DNA from: Ginkgo biloba
Taxonomy: Eukaryota > Plantae > Ginkgophyta
Direction of reading: 5' to 3'
NCBI GenBank assembly: GCA_024626585.2
Contig: JANKJI020000004.1
Span: 167,566,742 to 167,585,206 of the forward strand
Length of the DNA stretch: 18,465 bases
Shown here piece by piece: positions 9,781-18,465 of the stretch. The position numbers and the translations under genes are program-made. Under the pieces are notes generated by a model. The model was not told where the DNA came from and searched no databases. It was given only the letters and a program-made list of their open reading frames with translations. How positions within the stretch are numbered: the stretch's first letter is position 1; each line of letters opens with the position of its first letter.

Positions 9781-11956
9781 ATTCTACCTTGGATAATGAA
9801 CACTTACACTTTCATGTAAATATNNNNNNNNNNNNNNNNNNNNNNNNNNNNNNNNNNNNNNNNNNNNNNNNNNNNNNNNNNNNNNNNTGTCTAAAGTTTT
9901 ATTTATATATATGAGTTCAAAATATATTCATATACATAATAAGTATGATGTATAATGGGCATGGCATAGTATTACTACTTTCACTCTACAAAATATATAG
10001 CATGACCCTAAAACTAACATCCACCTTTGGTTTGAGTCTTTATTGATCTTGTCACTCCTTTGTATGATCTAGGTCCTCCTCTAGGTCATGAATCTTGACT
10101 TTATTTTTCTTATTTGCATGGGCCACAACACCCTAGACAAGATAGTCCAACCTACTCATGAAAGGAGGGAGTGCCTTAAGTCTTTATATCATCTCCTCAT
10201 ATAAGTGATGTTAAGATCTAGGTCAAAATAATTTAGTAAAAAACCACTCAGTATATTATACCATGGTCATAATTATAGGATCAAAGTCAAATTTCTCAAG
10301 GGGAGAAGTACATGACCCCATCTTTGTTACATCACAACAAGAGTTGTCAAACATTGCATATATATGTTTTTGTAAATGTAAAAATGAACAAAATAAAATA
10401 AAAGTTTTAATTTGCCTCCTGATGACATCTCCTCATCATTAGGTGTCTGTAAATTAAGACCATCCCTCTAGTTAAGGCTTGCATAAGGATTATAGATGAA
10501 TTCAACAATAATATCTGACTCAAAAGTACCATAGTGGATATACTCACATTAAATCAACAATGACCCAAGGTATCCATACTAGTGCCAAATCATGAGATCA
10601 AGGTGGCCCATTGAGCCATCTAAGGAATTAAGAGATCTATAAAGGATGGTATAGTATATGTCCTCAATATNNNNNNNNNNNNNNNNNNNNNNNNNNNNNN
10701 NNNNNNNNNNNNNNNNNNNNNNNNNNNNNNNNNNNNNNNNNNNNNNNNNNNNNNNNNNNNNNNNNNNNNNACCATGTTATATACTTATTTATTTCTTGAA
10801 TATGAAGAATTAGAAACATATTCATCATTATAATCCTAAATTTCTTTGAAGAAAATACATTAAATTATGATTTTATTTCCCAACTCAGTCCCATTAAACT
10901 TAAAATTTAAGGGAAAAATATTGTGCATATATATCATATGATGGGAGAGGGATTCCCTTTGCCTTAACATTAAAATTATAATTTTATCTCTTTAGATTAT
11001 AATCTTAGGCTTTTATAAGGAATTTCATTGCCTTAGGCCATAAATGATCAATATTTTTTCTTGATTTCTCTTTTGTCTTCACTAATTTAAAGATTTCACA
11101 TCTTATGAAGTGGGGGAAATGAACTGAGAGTATAAATAGTTCCTCTCTTATTCTTTAGTTATGTATTATCATATAAAGAAGTATAAAAATATGTAATGAG
11201 AATAAGGGAATTTAAAATTCTTTCNNNNNNNNNNNNNNNNNNNNNNNNNNNNNNNNNNNNNNNNCTCTTTTTCTTTTAAAATATAAAGGGGAAAGGTAAT
11301 ATATAATTACTTGTATTTAATTAATTAATATGAATCCTTTTATTGTCATAATATGATATAGTTTTTACCATTTAGCATTGTAACACATATTACTACACTT
11401 ACACCATTCACGTGTTGAGGTGCATCTAATAGATAACTTAGTACCTCTTAATATCTGGGCCAATCACATTAGTTATTATATTAAGAATGGATTTTACTCC
11501 CTTGAATACATAAAGGGTGTCTTATATTAATCAAAATTAGAATCAATCCATCATGGTACTTCATTCTAACCCCATGGCCTTAAAGGTAATAATAATCACC
11601 TCCCTTAAGAAATTATGTTTCCCTCAATATGGGATCTATCCTAGAAAAGATATAAAAAATTAGCACAAATAAATTCCTAAATCTCCTAAGTGGCATCATA
11701 TAGATCATAATTCTCCCATTTCCCTAAAATCTTTGAGATATCTTTATTATTTAGTGCACTAGTTGGATAGGCCATATTCCCTACTAGTTTTGTGTTAAAC
11801 TCTATCTATAGTTGTACAGATATCATTGACTAATAAATAATGTAATATATATTAGATATGTACTTATTCAATAATAAGTACATATAGGAAAAAGTATTAA
11901 GTGGACACCAAATCATCAATTGGGGAAACACTCATGAAGTTTTTTCTTAACCAAAT

Positions 11957-11968
11957 ACTTTGATACCA
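11957..11968 (-). promoter_or_regulatory. Primer binding site (tRNA-iMet) of a minus-strand LTR retrotransposon
   Basis: Plus ACTTTGATACCA = minus TGGTATCAAAGT, 10/12 match to the canonical TGGTATCAGAGC. It sits at the end of an LTR-like non-coding block. Confidence 0.7.
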
Positions 11969-11970
11969 TC

Positions 11971-12526
11971 TAGGGAAGGATAATTTTACCCACAGACCTC
12001 TTCTAAGTTTGCCTTCCCCATACAAAACTCACAGTATAAAATGATCAGATACAAACCCACTGTATAAAATGATCATATACAAACTCACTAAAACACATTC
12101 ATACAAAATTGACAAGATTTTAACAATCTTAAAGTTCTCACACAGAGAAATAAGGAGGAAGAGTCAGGGTGCAAAACCACATTGTCTCTTTGTTATTCTA
12201 GTATTTATAAAAGAATACAACTAATGAAATACAAATTTTGAATCTTAAAACTTATGCCAAATATGTCCTCCAAACATATGCCAAATTTAAGCACTAACCT
12301 TTTCCCCCTTTTCCCTAAAATACAATCTTTATAAGACTTATAATAAATAGTACATTTATAATATTTAGGAAAAACATCATTACTCTAACACAAATAAGAA
12401 AATGTTATTTGATAGATATACTTACATTCTCTATTATTTCTTCTACTTTAAAGTATTATGAATGCCTAATACATTAGCAACAAATAATTGTTATGGCTAG
12501 TCTGTTAGGAGTCTAATTCCACATCA
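11971..12526 (-). mobile_element. Putative 5' LTR (minus strand)
   Basis: Lies immediately upstream of the PBS on the minus strand. It begins TGATGTGG at 12526, just after the gag frame breaks off (alternative start TGTTAGAG at 12390), and has TATA-like CTTATAAAG near 12330. The CA end is degenerate. Confidence 0.55.
12021..12089. repeat. ~28-bp tandem repeat, ~2.4 copies, inside the putative LTR
   Basis: TACAAAACTCACAGTATAAAATGATCAGA / TACAAACCCACTGTATAAAATGATCATA / TACAAACTCACT. Confidence 0.9.
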
Positions 12527-12530
12527 TAAT

Positions 12531-13170
12531 AACTAACCTGTCTTCTAATGAAAATGCTACCAATTTAGGTATAACTCATCCTCGTAACTAAGGGGATATA
12601 AATTATGTCTCAATTCTTTCTTAAAATCCAACTAAGATGTAATTAGAGATTTACTCTCTTTCTCCCCTTTCTCGATAGTAATATTCCCACCACAATAAGG
12701 CTTTGTAGGACATCTTTAACCGAGCAAACATAATCTTTTGTGATTCCGTATAAGACTAACATGAATAAGAAACTTCTAAATTTTGAATCCATGAATCAAG
12801 TGACTCAACATTCATTTTTCCATCAAAATTTTTAATATCCACCCTATACTCCACTTAAAAGTGGATTTTTTCCTAAATTTGGATTTACAATGTTTTGTAA
12901 AGAAGTAGAAGGAAAATCAGTAAAAGATAGAATGGGAGAAGTAGATGAATAAAGTAGAGAAGAAGTGGTTTAAGTATGAACCATTTATGTTGATAATATT
13001 GTAGATTTTGCATTTAATGAAGATACTTAAGTTTATACTTATTCCATTAAGTTGATAAGATCTTTCGTCATCTTCTAGGTCTCTTTCTACTCCTTTTTCA
13101 TTCGTTGCATCATGAGTAGCCCTATTTGTTCCAATTGATGTTCGAGAGTCCTTTAATCCCTTTCACCTTC
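12531..13170 (-). mobile_element. Degenerate Ty3/gypsy (chromovirus-like) gag
   Basis: Minus strand: F*VEYRVDIKNFDGKMNVESLDSWIQNLEVSYSC*SYTESQKIMFARLKMSYKALLWWE, a frameshift, then ITS*LDFKKELRHNLYPLSYEDELYLNW*HFH*KTG*. This is the retrotransposon gag pattern ending ~WQHLRQxxGQ. The upstream limit is approximate. Confidence 0.88.
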
Positions 13171-13335
13171 TAGGAAAGCCCTACTATAAAGATATTACCT
13201 AGAGGTATTGAAGTCCTTGGATTTGTTAGAAATATNNNNNNNNNNNNNNNNNNNNNNNNNNNNNNNNNNNNNNNNNNNNNNNNNNNNNNNNNNNNNNNNN
13301 NNNNNNNNNNNNNNNNNNNNNNNNNNNNNNNNNNN

Positions 13336-13815
13336 AAATAGATCAATATAGGATGAAGCAACAAGAGGATCAACACCAAAGTGAATATTCATTTTAGATA
13401 GGTGATTGGGTCTATTTAAGATTGCAACCATATAAGCAAGCTATGAAAGGAAAAAATATGTTGGCCCCCAAATTCTATGGGCCATATAAAATCTTAAAGT
13501 GCATTGGGGAAGTCACTTATGCTCTTGAGTTACCTAGCTCCTCTTGAATTCATAATATATTCCATGTATCATGTCTTAAACAGGTCATTGGGCAAAATAT
13601 AGTTATGCAGACAAATTTTCTAGAGATGGATGACGGAGGTATACTTCAGTTACACCTAGAAAAATTGTGGGCACACACACCAAATAGCTNNNNNNNNNNN
13701 NNNNNNNNNNNNNNNNNNNNNNNNNNNNNNNNNNNNNNNNNNNNNNNNNNNNNNNNNNNNNNNNNNNNNNNNNNNNNNNNNNNNNNNNNGATAAAACTTT
13801 GAGGTCAAGTATTTT
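13336..13815 (+). mobile_element. Degenerate chromovirus (Reina/IFG-like) integrase C-terminus with GPY/F motif; chromodomain mostly in a gap
   Basis: QYRMKQQEDQHQSEYSF*IGDWVYLRLQPYKQAMKGKNMLAPKFYGPYKILKCIGEVTYALELPSSS*IHNIFHVSCLKQVIG (GPY at 13479-13487). After the gap, TTTGAGGTCAAG resembles the LEDK end of pol. Confidence 0.93.
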
Positions 13816-13832
13816 AAGGGTCTTGAGTGACT

Positions 13833-14060
13833 TGCTATGTATCCCAATGCTTAGTTGTTCTACTACCTACATCCACTAAATCTACCTACACTCCTCCTCA
13901 CACTTTTCATACATATAGAACTCTTCTTCCTATAATAACACTTGTCATATATGTAGGGTACTTCTTCTCTTATAATAACCCCCATGATGGCTTCTTAGCA
14001 TATCTTTTGTATTGAGTATATTTTATTGGGAGGTTCCACCTTGAAAGTGGATTGTTATCA
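13833..14060 (+). mobile_element. Putative 3' LTR of the chromovirus element
   Basis: Follows the pol end and a degenerate PPT (AAGGG..GAGTGA, ~13816-13830). It starts TGCTATGT and ends ...GTGGATTGTTATCA (TG...CA termini). Confidence 0.6.
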
Positions 14061-15906
14061 AGAAATATTTTGCATCTAATTGTGTCCAATTTCTATGATT
14101 ATGTGATCAAGTTCCTTATAGTAAATAAAATAAATCCCTATAAAAAGGAAACCACAAGGTCATACCCCCCATTTTAGAATGTACAAACATAAACTCTCTC
14201 CTCTAAAATGTTATGCCTTTTGAGGCTCATAAGCCCCTATTAGTTGTATCATAGAACCTCCTACCAAGATCTTGAGCCCCTATTAGATCATTAGAGCAAG
14301 AACTCCTTTCTCAAACCCTAGGTTTAGGGTATCACTCATTTATGTTTATGATAAAGTGGTAGAATGTAAGGATGATGTTTGTGAGCTTCAAGAATGATTA
14401 CAAAGACACGTTTACAAGGAGCTATAATATGTTTTTTTATAGCAACATTGTATGTGTCAAATCACTTGACAACTTCAATGGAAACTGAGTCTTTTATTTC
14501 CTACACTTCTTTGTATAAGATCTTGGTTAGGTGGCACTACTAGTACAATTTTGATTTGGGATGATGGTTCTATAGTCAATTTTCTCTTTGCTTTAATCGA
14601 GTTTATAGAATGGCATCATGCATCTCTAGTAATTATGATATGTGCCTTCAAAGGATAGTTAGTGGCAAGAGGTTGTATGATGTTATTGCAGTAAGCAGCA
14701 TGAGAGATAGTTGTTAAAGACAAGGAATTCTAGTGTGGCTCGAACACACTACATTGATTTCATCTTAGAGTGGCTCTTAATCTTTTATTCTTTAATTTTA
14801 TAAGGATGACCTAAGGTTTGGTTTAATAATATCCATTACCCTTTTAAGTGGATCAAGGTTATATAGTACAAGGTGTTAGAAGCCTTAAGATCGTTTTCTT
14901 AGCTTTCTTATCGATACCTAGTGTGGTGACTAGTGTGTGTGGTTTGTTTTCCTTAAGGCAAAGGGGTATCTCTACCTTTTATTTAATGTCTTAGTGTGAT
15001 AATTTCAAGTGCAATCCCAATGTATAACTTAAACTAATTATTGTTTCATACATAAGAATTGGAAGTAAAGACAAGAGGTGATCATGGAGCAAGTGGAAAG
15101 TTATCCCTCTACTTTTCTTGCATTGGTCGGGTTACTATTATCTTCAGATGGTCTGTTAGCATAGGAGGAAAAATGTTGGATAAGGCTAGTTGGAAATGCG
15201 ATTTGATGACTAAACATTAGTCATAGGTCTTCAGAGGTATTTTGGTGTACAATCCATGGTCANNNNNNNNNNNNNNNNNNNNNNNNNNNNNNNNNNNNNN
15301 NNNNNNNNNNNNNNNNNNNNNNNNNNNNNNNNNNNNNNNNNNNNNNNNNNNNNNNNNNNNNNNNNNNNNNNNNNNNNNNNNNNNNNNNNNNNNNNNNNNN
15401 NNNNNNNNNNNNNNNNNNNNNNNNNNNNNNNNNNNNNNNNNNNNNNNNNNNNNNNNNNNNNNNNNNNNNNNNNNNNNNNNNNNNNNNNNNNNNNNNNNNN
15501 NNNNNNNNNNNNNNNNNNNNNNNNNNNNNNNNNNNNNNNNNNNNNNNNNNNNNNNNNNNNNNNNNNNNNNNNNNNNNNNNNNNNNNNNNNNNNNNNNNNN
15601 NNNNNNNNNNNNNNNNNNNNNNNNNNNNNNNNNNNNNNNNNNNNNNNNNNNNNNNNNNNNNNNNNNNNNNNNNNNNNNNNNNNNNNNNNNNNNNNNNNNN
15701 NNNNNNNNNNNNNNNNNNNNNNNNNNNNNNNNNNNNNNNNNNNNNNNNNNNNNNNNNNNNNNNNNNNNNNNNNNNNNNNNNNNNNNNNNNNNNNNNNNNN
15801 NNNNNNNNNNNNNNNNNNNNNNNNNNNNNNNNNNNNNNNNNNNNNNNNNNNNNNNNNNNNNNNNNNNNNNNNNNNNNNNNNNNNNNNNNNNNNNNNNNNN
15901 NNNNNG

Positions 15907-16440
15907 CTCAAACCTAAGATCTCAAGAGAAGGTCCTAAACGTCTTCAGGAAGGGTTTAGAACTTTAGATGCCGGGTTCAAGATGAGAAAAAAACATTCGG
16001 AGGACTCTCCTAATGAAGAATAAGGGCCAAATAAAAAACCCAATGAAGAATTCGACTCTAATTATGAGGAAATGGATAAAACATATCCCCATATGATGAA
16101 GAAATAGATGAAAAATGAATGGAATAGGAAGAAGCCTCATTATCTGATGAGATAGTTTGCAACATTTGAATGATAGCATATCACATGATTTTATGAAATA
16201 ATGCCTCAATGACATACAGAGCAAGCCACAAGGTCAAAACTATATGTAATTATTTAGAGAGTACCTCTGTCACATACCGAAGGACCTCTCCTGGGGGCAT
16301 CGACGACCTCGAGTGGTGGTTGCTGCAAGAAGCACCAGTAATGGATGAAGAACCAAAATTAGATGAAGATTATTATCCATTTTAATGAAGATCTCGATGA
16401 AGATTCAGATGCAGAAACTGACGGCAGACTGGATGGATAA
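15907..16440 (+). pseudogene. Decayed acidic coding-like region, possible N-terminal extension of the downstream F-box-like pseudogene
   Basis: D/E-rich fragments broken by stops and frameshifts: HSEDSPNEE*GPNKKPNEEFDSNYEEMDK, PYDEEIDEK, MDEEPKLDEDYYPF, FNEDLDEDSDAETDG. No family recognised. Confidence 0.35.
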
Positions 16441-17257
16441 GTTATTAGAACCTATGCAACTCTCAGGAGTTTGCGGCTTCACCCTCGGCTCCGGTGGAGA
16501 GAAAACTGACTCTGCTTTGGCCAGATGTTTCTGATAAGAATGCGATTATGGAGTAATAGGACGTATTTATCCGTATCTCTGTCTGCAATCACAGAATTTA
16601 TAATAGTGTCCCGAAGAAGTCCACCAAGCGCAAAGAATAATATTGGTGTCTTCGTGAGGTTTTGCCAATTGTTTTTTAAAGAACAAGAGTAGATCTTACA
16701 TCTCCCCGCCTTTGCCTAGAATAATCATTTTTTTTTTTTCTAGGCCCACAAGAATGCAAGACTACGTGGTCGTTGAATGAGTTTATTAGTCATGAGTTGA
16801 AGCCATTAATAGACCAATCATTTTTCTTTACGGAAGACCAACTATTTGCTCTTACTTTAAGCGCAGGGTTGGAGGGTTACTATATGAACTTGGGCAATAG
16901 GCACGTAGCCTCATTTCCTTATAGAACAAGTTTTGTATTAGCTATTGGCCTATCCATAAATGGTAATATATATGTTTATTTAGTCATTGCTACTCCCTTA
17001 CCTATATTTCATCCAAGTTTTTTGCCTCATAGAATGGTAGATATGTCAAAAGAATGGAAAGTTTCTCCTTTACCGGCAAGTCCAATAGATATCTTCATTG
17101 GGATATTTTTTGCTAGTAATCACTCAGCAAAGCGTATGACTTTTAGGAAAATATGGATGCAATAAGGACAAATCACACAGTCAAGAGTGGGAGCTTGTAC
17201 TCTATTGGGTCTTCGAGAAGTGATAACAAAATAGATGCTCAATTTGCTCTTGCACCG
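16434..17257 (+). pseudogene. Probable F-box protein pseudogene (5' part)
   Basis: One frame, continuous with ORF 16773-17165, reads LWPDVSDKNAIME**DVFIRISVCNHRIYNSVPKK...YWCLREVLPIVF*RTRVDLTSPRLCLE*SFFFFLGPQECKTTWS. These resemble the F-box consensus W..LP.E.L..IF.RL....L.....VC..W. A beta-rich segment follows (LAIGLSINGNIYVY, DMSKEWKVSPLP). Similarity was judged by eye only. Confidence 0.45.
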
Positions 17258-17357
17258 NNNNNNNNNNNNNNNNNNNNNNNNNNNNNNNNNNNNNNNNNNN
17301 NNNNNNNNNNNNNNNNNNNNNNNNNNNNNNNNNNNNNNNNNNNNNNNNNNNNNNNNN

Positions 17358-17700
17358 TTCTTGGTTATTTCATGTTGTGCTCATTTAAGCTTTGAGTCTA
17401 GTTTATATTGTGTTCATTCTAAGTCTTGGGATGTTTTAGTTTGTTGTGCACTCTGATAAATTCTACAAAGTGGTATCATAGCAAGGTTATTTTTTGAGTT
17501 ATAGTTGTGTTGTTATTGAGCTTTGGGTTTGAAAGTTTTTGCGTTGCTATTTTTTCAAGTGTGAGGTGTTCAAGTGTGTGGAGTGTTTTTTGAAAGAAGA
17601 AAATATGTGAAAATTTATTTTGAAGCTATTGCAATGAGCTATGAAGAGTTCTTGCTTCAGGTGTGAAGTTGTGAGAATCTGAGAGTTTTTTTTCATAGAT
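17358..17700 (+). mobile_element. LTR 3' end, PBS and 5' leader of a plus-strand LTR retrotransposon (truncated)
   Basis: ...AAATTCTACA (CA at 17466-17467), then AAG, then TGGTATCATAGC, followed by a T/G-rich non-coding leader. No gag follows. Confidence 0.75.
17471..17482 (+). promoter_or_regulatory. Primer binding site (tRNA-iMet)
   Basis: TGGTATCATAGC, 11/12 match to TGGTATCAGAGC, 3 nt after an LTR-terminal CA. Confidence 0.85.
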
Positions 17701-17713
17701 AGTGTTATTCTAA

Positions 17714-18280
<567 letters not shown>

Positions 18281-18404
18281 AGAAAAAATCATAGATACCC
18301 ATCTGGGTAGAGAGAGCATATCAAAATACCACAATAGAAACCCCTATGCCAATATTAAAATAAATAAGGAAATATCAAAATAAGTGGATTTTTAATATTA
18401 AAAT

Positions 18405-18420
18405 TATATATATATATATA
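18405..18420. repeat. (TA)8 microsatellite
   Basis: TATATATATATATATA. Confidence 0.9.
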
Positions 18421-18465
18421 AAGAAATAATTTTTTTTTGTGTGTATGTATGTATTTGAGAATAAA

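Noticed and set aside
10298-10314. PPT-like AAGGGGAGAAG followed by TG
   Set aside because: No integrase end upstream and no defined LTR downstream, so it is insufficient to call.
14313-14329. AAACCCTA..TTTAGGG telomere-like head-to-head motif
   Set aside because: Single units only. Such telo-box motifs are common in plant repeats and are not evidence of a telomere fusion.
14340-15262. Possible decayed LINE or transposase coding sequence
   Set aside because: No convincing conserved motif in the frames I read.
2771-16023. Long ORFs made mostly of X (e.g. 2771-3160, 8993-9664, 15231-16023)
   Set aside because: Artefacts of N gaps lacking stop codons.
15907-17257. Plastid ycf1/ycf2/accD insertion (NUPT)
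   Set aside because: The acidic composition is suggestive, but I could not match any diagnostic motif of these genes. BLAST would settle it.

Overview
AT-rich, CpG-depleted eukaryotic plant nuclear DNA from a draft assembly. There are many N gaps, and at least seven are exactly 100 N, so their true size is probably unknown. The retroelement style suggests a conifer or other gymnosperm (inference). No intact gene, RNA gene or CRISPR array is visible. Most of the window is a nested graveyard of decayed retroelements: a chromovirus-type RNaseH-end/integrase remnant (+, 4681-5356); a Tat/Ogre-like Ty3 gag-protease-RT remnant (+, ~5575-9780) interrupted by an antisense L1 LINE 3' fragment with zf-RVT and RNase H (-, ~6605-7895); a minus-strand LTR with tRNA-iMet PBS abutting a minus-strand Ty3 gag; a chromovirus integrase C-terminus (GPY/F) with its 3' LTR; and a further LTR end plus PBS near 17.4 kb. 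Two parts are not explained by these elements. The first is a duplicated ~580-bp unit running into an array of 9-7-9 palindromes (TCACCTRCA-N7-TGYARGTGA, 1553-2745). The second is a CpG-retaining decayed coding region (15.9-18.3 kb) that looks like an F-box pseudogene with two tandem F-box-like motifs, split by an LTR-element insertion. I see no evidence for a functional novel system.
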